A stretch of DNA of 39,205 nt, taken from contig JBNKBE010000036.1 in the NCBI GenBank assembly GCA_050287085.1, positions 1 through 39,205 of the forward strand, written 5' to 3'. The position numbers were made by a program, and so were the translations under genes. The notes under the pieces were generated by a model. It had not been told where the DNA came from and did not search any database. It saw only the letters and a list, made by a program, of their open reading frames with translations. Positions 24,851 to 33,034 of this stretch are shown here, one piece after another. The stretch's first letter is position 1. Every line of letters starts with the position of its first letter. This DNA is from Polyangiaceae bacterium. Its GTDB lineage: Bacteria > Myxococcota_A > Polyangia > Polyangiales > Polyangiaceae.

Positions 24851-26580
24851 GGTGCGTCCCCCGCAGCTGCTGGGTTCGCCGTTGAAGGCGTTGGAGCATC
24901 ACTCGATACCGACTCCGATTGCCCTGGCACAACAGGTCCTTCGTGCCAAGCGCCCCGACCTCGACTGTCCCGCTGCACAATCGTGAACTCCACCCTGCGA
25001 TTCTCGGCGCGCCCCGACTCAGTGTCGTTGCTCGCCCGCGGGCGACGCGGTCCAAAGCCACGCACCTGGAGTCTTCGCGCATCGACACCGTGCTCCGTCA
25101 ACCAGCGGGCTACGGCAAGCGCGCGCGCCCTGGACAAGGCGAGGTTGTCGGCTTCACGCCCAACGTTGTCGGTATGACCCTCGATGGCGACACGCACGAT
25201 TTCGGGTCGCCCCTGAAGCGCAGCGGCCACAGCCCGTAGGGTGGGTTCGCTCGCCGCGTCGATGATCGCGTTGCCCAGTTCAAAATGAATTTCCTTGTCG
25301 ATCGCGATCTGCCCGCCCACGACACGTACCTCTTGAGCACATCCATTGCGCCCGCTTTCCAACGAGCGAGTCCCGGCCTCAGCAGGACAATCGTCCTCGT
25401 GATCCATCACGCCATCCGCATCGGCATCGAGCGGGCAACCGAGGTTGCCTGGGGCACTGCCGGTGCCAAACGCCCCCGGACAAGCATCCACCGCGTCAGC
25501 CACCCCATCCCCGTCCCCATCGTTGGGGCAGCCCGCAGCTGGGCCCGGCACCTCGGGACAAGCATCTGCCGCATCAGCGACGCCGTCCCCATCGCGGTCC
25601 GCGAGGGCGCCCTTCTTCGGCCGCCGGGGCTTCGTCACCGCCTCCTGGAGAGTTCTTGCTCTCGGAGTCATGCCTTCGAGGGCAGCGCCGGGCTCGTTCT
25701 CCTCATCGACCGACGCCGGCGCGGCCGCGCGTCGCTCGGCGACCCAGTTCAGGGAAACCAGACCCCGCCAGTCTGGCGTGCCCGGAGCATCCGTGAAACC
25801 ACGCCCTGCCGACACGCGCAAGCCGGTCGGTCCCTCCTGCCAAAAAGCGGTCAGCAAGGCCTCAACGGCCCACCGCGCCGTCACTCCCGCAGGCAACGAA
25901 GAGCTACGCCGCCGAACGACAAGCTCGGGCCCGAGGCCCCCCGAGCCCAGTCGATATCCCGCGGCCACGATGGCGGAAACCTCGGAACCGACCCACGACT
26001 CGGGCGCGTAGCGGACGCTCTGTTGCGCCAGGGTTGCGCGATAGAGCCACTTTGCGCAGTCCCCGCCGACCGCAGCGCCGATCCGGTAGCGAGGGCCGGC
26101 GCCCCCCGCCAGCGCACTCTTGCTCCCGAGCGGCAGCCACAAGGCGCTCGACACCGCAGCTCCTGGAAGACAGCTTGCTGCTCGCGCAATGGGGAGCGTC
26201 ACGCCTAGCCGTGGCTCACCTGAAACCGGCATGTTGGTGTCGCCGTCATAGCTCACTACTACCGGCCAGTTCACATTGAGTTCGGCTGGCCAACGCTCAA
26301 ACTGCCATGCCGTTCCTATGTGGATCAGCTGTTGCTGCGCCATTCGTCCGCCCTGGACCGCCGCGTCGAGGCGCAGTGGATTGGAGGCATATGAGTAGGT
26401 CAAGCCCGCGGCCAGTCCAGGGGCCTGCCCGCCGACCTCCGGAGCCCAATGAAAGAGCGCCCGTGGGGACGCGGGCTCATTGCGCTCGAGCACGACCGAT
26501 GGCTGAGCGGTGGCGCGTAGCACTACAAAGGGTAGGCACAACGCGGGCAGCAGGAAACCGAGCAGACGAGTCGAGGTCAC
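24847..26580 (-). CDS. OmpA-family protein: N-terminal barrel-like region, three TSP3-like repeats, OmpA C-terminal peptidoglycan-binding domain
   Basis: GTG at 26580 with an AGGA RBS (alternative TTG 26598); three DxDxDGVxDxxDxCP repeats; IEGHTD..NLALSRARA..GFG..NRRVEF. Confidence 0.9.
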   Translation of the reverse strand: MTSTRLLGFLLPALCLPFVVLRATAQPSVVLERNEPASPRALFHWAPEVGGQAPGLAAGLTYSYASNPLRLDAAVQGGRMAQQQLIHIGTAWQFERWPAELNVNWPVVVSYDGDTNMPVSGEPRLGVTLPIARAASCLPGAAVSSALWLPLGSKSALAGGAGPRYRIGAAVGGDCAKWLYRATLAQQSVRYAPESWVGSEVSAIVAAGYRLGSGGLGPELVVRRRSSSLPAGVTARWAVEALLTAFWQEGPTGLRVSAGRGFTDAPGTPDWRGLVSLNWVAERRAAAPASVDEENEPGAALEGMTPRARTLQEAVTKPRRPKKGALADRDGDGVADAADACPEVPGPAAGCPNDGDGDGVADAVDACPGAFGTGSAPGNLGCPLDADADGVMDHEDDCPAEAGTRSLESGRNGCAQEVRVVGGQIAIDKEIHFELGNAIIDAASEPTLRAVAAALQGRPEIVRVAIEGHTDNVGREADNLALSRARALAVARWLTEHGVDARRLQVRGFGPRRPRASNDTESGRAENRRVEFTIVQRDSRGRGAWHEGPVVPGQSESVSSDAPTPSTANPAAAGDAP

Positions 26581-26633
26581 AGCGTGTGTTCCTAACAAAC
26601 TTCCACACCGTTCTGGGAGTCTCGGAGTGAGGA

Positions 26634-27977
26634 TTGCGTGCTAGAGTCGCCCAAGTGCGCTCCGAAGAGACTATCCCAATCGTAAAATCCACCAATGTAG
26701 AGGTGGACAATCTGAACGTCACTGTTCTGGCTGGGCCGGACCGCGGTTTGAACGTCGAAACGGAAGACGAATGCATCACTATCGGCACCGCCCATGGCAA
26801 CTTCCTGACGCTCACGGATCCCACCGTTTCCGGGTTTCACCTGGAGCTTCGCCGCGGTCGAGATGGTGTCGTCGTCCACGACATCGGTAGCACCAACGGC
26901 ACGCTGCTCGGACAGGCACGGCTGAGCGACGCGGTTGTGCCCGATGGCTCTGAGCTGCAGCTGGGCAACACCCGCCTTCGCGTCGCATTCGGCCGCGGAG
27001 CGGTCGTCGAACTCCTCGGCAACAACCGCCTCGAGGATCTGCTCGGCCAAACCGAAGTCATGCGGCGTGTGATGGCGCGCACCGCGCGCATCGCGGAGGC
27101 TCCCGTTGCAGTGCTCATCCAGGGGGAGTCCGGCACCGGCAAGGAGCTGGTCGCTCGCGCCCTCCACCAGCTCAGTCCGCGCCGCGCAGGGCCGCTCGTG
27201 ACTGTCGACTGCGGTGTGCTTTCGCCCGCGCTGATGGCTTCCGAACTCTTCGGTCACGAGAGGGGCTCCTTCACCGGAGCCGAACGACAACACGTGGGCG
27301 CCTTCGAACGCGCCGACGGCGGAACCCTCTTCCTGGACGAGATCGGGGAGCTCCCGACTGAATTGCAACCGCAGCTCCTTGGCGCCCTGGAACGTCAGCG
27401 CTTTCAGCGCGTGGGCGGAAGAAGCGACATTTCCGTCGACGTACGAGTCGTTGCGGCCACCCATCGCGACCTGCGACAAGAAGTGAACGCTGGGACCTTC
27501 CGGATGGATCTCTACTATCGCCTGGCGGTCGTTTCCTTGACGATGCCTCCGCTCCGCGAACGTCTGGAAGATCTTCCGCTGTTGATTGAGCACTTCCTTC
27601 AATGCGCTGGCTCGACCTGCACCCTTCAAGCAGTAGCGCCGCCGGAAGTGCTCGACCGCTTGGCGCGTTATCGATGGCCTGGCAACGTGCGCGAGCTCCG
27701 AAATTGGGTGGAAGCCACGCTGGCGTTGGGCGAGGTTCCAGAGCTTCCGGCCTACGATGAGCCGACGGCCGGTGACGGTCCGTCCGAGTTGGCGGCACTT
27801 GCCGACAGCAGAATGCCCTACCATCCGACGCGAGCCAGAGTCCTGGCCCAGTTCGAGCGGGCCTACTGCGAAGCCTTGCTCAGTCGTTGTTCCGGAAATG
27901 TGTCGCGCGCCGCCCGCGAGGCACAGATGGACCGCTCGTATCTCATCAAGCTCGCGCAGAAGCACGGACTGAAGTAG
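26634..27977 (+). CDS. Sigma54-dependent enhancer-binding protein with N-terminal FHA domain and Fis-type HTH
   Basis: FHA-like (TIGT..DPTVSGFH..DIGSTNGT); Walker A GESGTGKE; GSFTGA; FLDEIGE; FRMDLYYRL; WPGNVREL; C-terminal GNVSRAAREAQMDR. Confidence 0.93.
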   Translation: MRARVAQVRSEETIPIVKSTNVEVDNLNVTVLAGPDRGLNVETEDECITIGTAHGNFLTLTDPTVSGFHLELRRGRDGVVVHDIGSTNGTLLGQARLSDAVVPDGSELQLGNTRLRVAFGRGAVVELLGNNRLEDLLGQTEVMRRVMARTARIAEAPVAVLIQGESGTGKELVARALHQLSPRRAGPLVTVDCGVLSPALMASELFGHERGSFTGAERQHVGAFERADGGTLFLDEIGELPTELQPQLLGALERQRFQRVGGRSDISVDVRVVAATHRDLRQEVNAGTFRMDLYYRLAVVSLTMPPLRERLEDLPLLIEHFLQCAGSTCTLQAVAPPEVLDRLARYRWPGNVRELRNWVEATLALGEVPELPAYDEPTAGDGPSELAALADSRMPYHPTRARVLAQFERAYCEALLSRCSGNVSRAAREAQMDRSYLIKLAQKHGLK

Positions 27978-28008
27978 CCGTCCGGCACCGCCCCATCGCT
28001 GGTTCCAA

Positions 28009-28368
28009 CTATCGATCACCGGCGGCCTCCAGAGCACGAAGTAGGGCGCGGAGCAGCGCGTCGGAAGGCAGCTCGAATACGGGATGTCCAAGACTCCACA
28101 TTCCTGGAAAACAGGCAGTAGGAGCCAACAGAACAAGTCGCGACTCGGGGTAAGTGCGCCCAAGAGCAGAGACGCGTTCCGCCTCGGAAGGCGAGCGGAC
28201 TTCGGCCACCACCAGGGCAAAAAGCTCGCGCTCCAGCCAGCGCGAAATACCTTCAATACCGGACACTACGACAAGGCGCGACTGCGGTCGCAGCCAGTCT
28301 CTCAAAGCCGCCGAACGCGATGCTAAAAGCACGGCTGGCCCCATGTCCGGGAATGAAGTGGTTTGCAT
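28009..28368 (-). CDS. Stand-alone atypical (pseudo-)receiver domain protein
   Basis: Alternating beta/alpha pattern AVLLAS / VVVS / FALVVAE / PESRLVLLA / VFELP; preceded by a near-consensus sigma54 promoter. Confidence 0.6.
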   Translation of the reverse strand: MQTTSFPDMGPAVLLASRSAALRDWLRPQSRLVVVSGIEGISRWLERELFALVVAEVRSPSEAERVSALGRTYPESRLVLLAPTACFPGMWSLGHPVFELPSDALLRALLRALEAAGDR

Positions 28369-28414
28369 GTCAACGCCGGAGCACCGCCACGGCGCAGCCC
28401 CCGAGAGTCCCTAG

Positions 28415-28429
28415 GCAAACGTGGTGCCA
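28415..28429 (-). promoter_or_regulatory. Sigma54 -24/-12 promoter (TGGCAC-CACGT-TTGC on the minus strand)
   Basis: Matches TGGCAC-N5-TTGC exactly, about 47 nt upstream of ATG 28368. Confidence 0.75.
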
Positions 28430-28551
28430 CTTCCACCGGCCCCCTACCCAGCCGCTGGTCTGCGGCTAGAACCACGCAGATACCACGGTTTCGCGTCGCT
28501 CCGCCGAGCCGGGTACCAGGGTTGGGCTAAGCCGACTCCTAAGAAGCATTG

Positions 28552-28588
28552 GTGTACCCATGCGACACTTGTCGACTTCAGACGACAA
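28552..28588. promoter_or_regulatory. Candidate upstream activator sequence: adjacent dyads GTGT-N9-ACAC and TTGTCG-N8-CGACAA
   Basis: Two abutting TGT...ACA-type inverted repeats between the divergent sigma54 promoters. Confidence 0.45.
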
Positions 28589-28630
28589 CTCCCCAGACGC
28601 CTATGAGCCGTTGCGCCCTCCTAATGCGAC

Positions 28631-28645
28631 TGGCATGACCGTTGC
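28631..28645 (+). promoter_or_regulatory. Sigma54 -24/-12 promoter (TGGCATG-ACCG-TTGC)
   Basis: One mismatch to TGGCACG-N4-TTGC, 36 nt upstream of ATG 28682. Confidence 0.75.
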
Positions 28646-28681
28646 GTACTGCTGACCCTCGTCGAACACTAAGAACTCTGC

Positions 28682-29740
28682 ATGCTTCCGCGTTTCAGCT
28701 GGCCCCTCCTTGCCCTCTGCACCTTCTTCGCTCCCACCGCGGCGCTTGCGACCGAGTCCGCGAGCCCCGTCGCCGCAAGCGAGGTCACCCCCGCCGACGC
28801 AAACCCCGGCGCAGCGGCCCCTGAGGCCGACGTGCACAAGCAAGCCAAAGAGCTCTTCGAGCGTGGACTGCAAGCCTACGAAGCTGGAGACGTCGACGGC
28901 TGCGCCGAGCAGATGATGGCTGCCTTCACTCTGATGCCTCATCACGCATTCGCCTTCAACATCGGACTGGTCCGCGAGGAACAAGGCAACACCGCCCGCG
29001 CCCTCGAATGGTATCGCGAGGCGCTCTGGCTATCGCCGCCAGAGGAAGAACGAGCTCCTTTGCTCGACAAGATCAAAAAGCTCGAAGCACAGCTGGCAAG
29101 CCGCGGGCTACAGCAACTGACCGTGCGCAGCGAACCGCCTGGCGCCAAGACGTTGCTCGACGGCGCTGAAATCGGCACAACCCCCGTGACGGTAGAGCTC
29201 GCGCCTGGTGGACATCGAGTGCAGCTGCTGCTGGACGGCTACGACGAGCAAAGCGTCCGCTTTGAGCTCCCAACCCAGCGAGCGGTCCTGGTCGAGCGAA
29301 CGCTGAGCAGAACCAGCGCGCCGCCAGCAACCCCGGTCGAGCCTCGCACCGACGCCGCTCCCCGGCCCGCCTCACAAACTCAGGCTCGCGTCACCCCGGC
29401 GCAATCAACCGCGCTGAGCGGTCAGAAGCTCACAGCCCTGGTGCTAGCGGCTGCTGGCGGCGCCGCGCTGATTGGCTCAGGCTTCCTGGAGCTGGAACGC
29501 CAAGACGCGGAAAGCACTGCGGCGGTAGCCCCGCAGCGCGACTACCACTCGGAGTTCGACCGCATGACAACCTACCAAAGTGCGGCGCGCATCACTGCGG
29601 GCGCGGGTCTGGCGCTGCTTCTTGGCGCTGGCGTGCTGTGGCTCACCGGAAACGACGAGGCTGCGCCGCCTCAGAGCAGCGGCATCAGACTAGGCTGCCG
29701 CGAAGCCGAAATCTGCGTCAGTTTTGGAGGTCGGTACTGA
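28682..29740 (+). CDS. TPR + PEGA domain protein with C-terminal hydrophobic segments
   Basis: Signal peptide; TPR-like AKELFERGLQAYEAG..FNIGLVREEQG..ALEWYREAL; PEGA LTVRSEPPGAKTLLDG..GTTP..LAPGGHRV..DGY; two hydrophobic helices. Confidence 0.88.
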   Translation: MLPRFSWPLLALCTFFAPTAALATESASPVAASEVTPADANPGAAAPEADVHKQAKELFERGLQAYEAGDVDGCAEQMMAAFTLMPHHAFAFNIGLVREEQGNTARALEWYREALWLSPPEEERAPLLDKIKKLEAQLASRGLQQLTVRSEPPGAKTLLDGAEIGTTPVTVELAPGGHRVQLLLDGYDEQSVRFELPTQRAVLVERTLSRTSAPPATPVEPRTDAAPRPASQTQARVTPAQSTALSGQKLTALVLAAAGGAALIGSGFLELERQDAESTAAVAPQRDYHSEFDRMTTYQSAARITAGAGLALLLGAGVLWLTGNDEAAPPQSSGIRLGCREAEICVSFGGRY

Positions 29741-30573
29741 TGCGCTTCGCCCCGTTCGTGCTCATGGCAATGCTCTCAGCGTGCCAGACCAAACTCGATC
29801 GCGACGCACTAGAAGGGCGCCCTTGCCCCTGCATCGAGGGCTACCGTTGCGACCCGGAGGCGGGCACCTGCCATCGCGACGTACGCGGTCCTGAAGACGC
29901 TTCGGGCGGTGCTGACGCAGGCCACGGCGGAGCCAGCCCAGCAGAAGGCGGAGCGGCCGGAGCCTCCAGCGACGACGGTGGCCTGCCCTCGACGGGCGGC
30001 TCAAACGCGGGCAGCGCCACGCAGGACGGCGGCCCAAGCGCCCTCGGAGGAGCCGCGCCCGACGCTGGCCCCGAAGCGCCAGACGCAAGCGACAAACTCC
30101 CCGACGCAAGCGTGGACGGTGGTGGCGGAGGCTCCCCGCTGCCCGGCTGTGGCACGACACAAACTCCCGCCGCGCCAGCCAGCTGTCCCTCGCAATGTGA
30201 CAGCTGTGACGGCGGAACATGTGTCATCGTCTGCAACACCCCGTCGGACTGCCAGGGCCGCACCGTCGCGTGTCCAGAAGGGATGGCTTGTCGCGTTGAG
30301 TGTACAGGAGACAGCAGCTGCGAGCAGCTCGCGTTCGATTGCCCGTCGACGTTCGCTTGTGAACTCGACTGCGGTGGGCGCCGGTCATGTTCTGGCGCCA
30401 CGCAGGCCTGTGGCGACGGCCCTTGCGTGCAGAACTGTAGCGGAGCGCAAGCTTGCTCCAATACGGCGCTTCTATGCGGTAGCAATTCATGTCAGGCAAC
30501 GTGCCGCAATGGGCTTAGTGGCCCGCTCGTGGTCGGCTGCGCGCAGTCTTGTTCTGAAACGTGTGGATGTTAG
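29740..30573 (+). CDS. Cys-rich repeat lipoprotein
   Basis: ATG overlaps the upstream TGA; lipobox MLSAC; CPCIEGYRC N-domain, Gly/Ala linker, and 26 Cys in the C-terminal ~140 aa. Confidence 0.8.
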   Translation: MRFAPFVLMAMLSACQTKLDRDALEGRPCPCIEGYRCDPEAGTCHRDVRGPEDASGGADAGHGGASPAEGGAAGASSDDGGLPSTGGSNAGSATQDGGPSALGGAAPDAGPEAPDASDKLPDASVDGGGGGSPLPGCGTTQTPAAPASCPSQCDSCDGGTCVIVCNTPSDCQGRTVACPEGMACRVECTGDSSCEQLAFDCPSTFACELDCGGRRSCSGATQACGDGPCVQNCSGAQACSNTALLCGSNSCQATCRNGLSGPLVVGCAQSCSETCGC

Positions 30574-30578
30574 GCCCA

Positions 30579-32027
30579 ATGCACAACACGCTTGGCCAAC
30601 CTGAATTTCCCCCGCGCGTTCACCGCGCCGGTGAGTTGATCGACGGCAAATATCTGCTGCTATCCGCTCTCGGGCACGGCGCCATGGGCACAGTCTGGCG
30701 GGCCCAGAACCGTCGCCTGCAGAGCGAAGTCGCTTTGAAGTTCATCGCGCATCATGCGCGCGAAGATGATAGCGAAACACGACTGCTACGCGAGGCGCGT
30801 CTTGCTAGCAAGCTCTCTGACCCCGCCATCGTACGCATCTTCGACGTCGGCTGCACTCCAGGCGGCGAGCCTTACATCGTCATGGAACTCCTGCGCGGCC
30901 ATTCTCTTGCTGCAACGCTCGAGGCGGGACCCTTGCCCCCCATTCCCGCGGTCCAGCTCCTGCTTCCGGCGGTGCACGCGCTGCGACTCCTGCACGGCTG
31001 CAATATCGTTCACCGCGACATCAAGCCCGAGAACGTCTTCCTGCACTATACCGATCGCGGAACAGTTCACCCCAAGCTGGTCGACTTCGGCATCGCCCGT
31101 GCCCAGGTTGACGATCTACGCCTGACCGTAGACGGAGAAGTCCTGGGCAGCCCGCTATATATGTCGCCTGAACAGGCTCAAGGCCTGCCAGTAACGGGCC
31201 AAAGCGATGTTTGGTCGGCCTCCGTGCTGCTCTACGAAATGCTCACGGGTCGAAGCGCATGGAGCGGAGACAACTACAACGCTGTTCTGAACTCCATTCT
31301 CACGCAGCCAACCCCGACGCTTAAGGCGGCAGGTCTCGACGAACCCGAGCTCGATGCCATCATCGCCCGCGGCTTGGAGAAGACGTTCGCGGACCGCTAT
31401 CAATCGGCGGACGAGCTCGGCGGTGCTCTGGCTCGTTGGTTGCTCGAACACGACGTCACCGAAGACATCGCGGGCGTTTCTTTGAAGGCGTCTTGGCAGA
31501 CGGAAAGCGCGCCCTCAAACTTTCGCTCGCAACCCCCGGCATCGAAGCCCGAGCCGCCGGTAGAGGTCACTTCGCCCGCACAGTCCCGTCGCGGGCGGCT
31601 CTGGGCAATGCTCACGCTTGTTGTATTGGCCCTTGGCGCTGGAGTGTGGTTATCGTCGACGGATCGAGGTCGTGACTCGGCCCCGCTTCAACAGTCCCCG
31701 AACGCGCCGCAAGGCGAGGCGTCGGTGCCCCTCGCCCAATCCCCGGAGCGCCCATCACATCCGAGCAGGGGTGCGAAGCCCCAGCCCATTGACGCCGCGG
31801 ACACCCACCATCCAGCATCCGGCATCCCCGCTCCGGTACTGCAGCCCCCACCGACCCTGGGCTCGGCGGGCACTGGCACCGGAGCAACAGACCCGTCCCC
31901 GCAGCCGCCGTCCGCGGAAGCGCCGCGTCCGAAACCCACAAGGCCGCGGCCGGCTGAACCGCGCCCTGCATCTCCCCCCGCCGTCCCCGCCCAGAAGGCC
32001 GCTGGCAAGTTCCGTAGCCCCTTCTAA
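30579..32027 (+). CDS. Membrane Ser/Thr protein kinase with Pro-rich extracytoplasmic tail
   Basis: LGHGAMGTVW, VALK, HRDIKPEN, DFG and YMSPE; TM segment LWAMLTLVVLALGAGVWL. Confidence 0.92.
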   Translation: MHNTLGQPEFPPRVHRAGELIDGKYLLLSALGHGAMGTVWRAQNRRLQSEVALKFIAHHAREDDSETRLLREARLASKLSDPAIVRIFDVGCTPGGEPYIVMELLRGHSLAATLEAGPLPPIPAVQLLLPAVHALRLLHGCNIVHRDIKPENVFLHYTDRGTVHPKLVDFGIARAQVDDLRLTVDGEVLGSPLYMSPEQAQGLPVTGQSDVWSASVLLYEMLTGRSAWSGDNYNAVLNSILTQPTPTLKAAGLDEPELDAIIARGLEKTFADRYQSADELGGALARWLLEHDVTEDIAGVSLKASWQTESAPSNFRSQPPASKPEPPVEVTSPAQSRRGRLWAMLTLVVLALGAGVWLSSTDRGRDSAPLQQSPNAPQGEASVPLAQSPERPSHPSRGAKPQPIDAADTHHPASGIPAPVLQPPPTLGSAGTGTGATDPSPQPPSAEAPRPKPTRPRPAEPRPASPPAVPAQKAAGKFRSPF

Positions 32028-32040
32028 CGAAGCGAACTCG

Positions 32041-32095
32041 CCAAGGGAGCGCGGATGGGCAAGTCAGTCGCAAGCCGGCCTGGACCGCGGCGAGG
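32041..32095 (+). repeat. Dispersed intergenic repeat, copy 2
   Basis: 46/55 identical, ungapped, to 13848-13902. Confidence 0.8.
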
Positions 32096-32391
32096 TGGGC
32101 GCGTGAAGAGCGAGCGCCGCAGGGCTACCGGAGTCGGTCGAAGAGCACAGCGACGCGCACGTGGCACCCACATCTGCGACAGCGAGGGGATCTATCACAC
32201 TGCCAGGGGAGCTCCACGGGCAGCACTCCGCGCCCCCAGACGCCCTTATCCGACACCGCGCCCCGCTTGACCACCCACGCCCGCACAGCTTTGCCATCAC
32301 CAGCGGAACACAGCCCAATTGCAATTGCGAGCGAGTGCCGGAAGCGCCTGATGCGTGTTCCTTCTTGGCGGTATGCTACCGGGTATAGCGA

Positions 32392-32784
32392 ATGGTTCTT
32401 CCTTCTACTCCGCATCTCGATGCATTGGCGCTAGCGGCGCGACTTCCGACGCTCCGACTGCTTGTGCAATATGATTGTACGACTGACGGCGCCGGGGCTC
32501 GCTCCCCAAGCTGGAGCTTTGCCTATCTGGCCGATGTGGATTTCGATGCCGCCGAGCTTGCAGCCGAACTGGGCTCCGCCCTCGGGACAGACGCTATCGC
32601 CCTGGTGGACTTGGCCGAAGCGAGCGCTTCGCTCCAACACCACGTCGCAAGCTTAGGTCACCCGGTGCTAGAACGTCCGGCGGAATTTGATCGCTTCATT
32701 CGCGATGCGTCGCTGTCGTCCCGTAACTCCACGGTGATAGCCAAGGCCTCCCCTTGGCGCCGTACACAAAAAAAGTTGGCATGA
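32392..32784 (+). CDS. MntA-like minimal nucleotidyltransferase-fold protein with degenerate active site
   Basis: Pattern LRLLV..W.FAYL..ELAAELGSALGTD.I.LVDLAEAS..LQHHVA..G..VLE..FDRF resembles MNT antitoxins, but the GS and DxD motifs are replaced. Confidence 0.6.
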   Translation: MVLPSTPHLDALALAARLPTLRLLVQYDCTTDGAGARSPSWSFAYLADVDFDAAELAAELGSALGTDAIALVDLAEASASLQHHVASLGHPVLERPAEFDRFIRDASLSSRNSTVIAKASPWRRTQKKLA

Positions 32785-33034
32785 CGCGGCATCCGCCAGC
32801 CCGGGCCTTAAGGGCCCGCGGACACGAAACCGAGCAGCCGAGCCCGAACCCCGAGCCCCAGAGCACATTGACGCCCCGAGGAGCGGCTTCGCCCGTTCGA
32901 AGCGGAACGCCGAGCGCGCTGCTTTCGATAAGTTTTTTTCACCGCCTCGCTGGGTTTGCATGGCGGCGCGAACTCGCCCTGTTTGATGCAACGCAACTGG
33001 TTCTCGCGCACAAGCTTCGATACTACTTGGCCCC

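Noticed and set aside
24847..26580. TraB of the TraAB outer-membrane exchange system
   Set aside because: The barrel-TSP3-OmpA layout is similar, but there is no upstream TraA-like gene with Cys repeats and MYXO-CTERM, and this architecture is common in myxobacteria.
26623..26637. GG-N10-GC sigma54-like site at the start of the activator gene
   Set aside because: Poor -24 element (CGGAGT) and it overlaps the probable start codon; likely chance.
26592..28256. 554-aa minus-strand ORF
   Set aside because: Antisense shadow of the sigma54 activator gene, with no motifs of its own; typical of high-GC codon bias.
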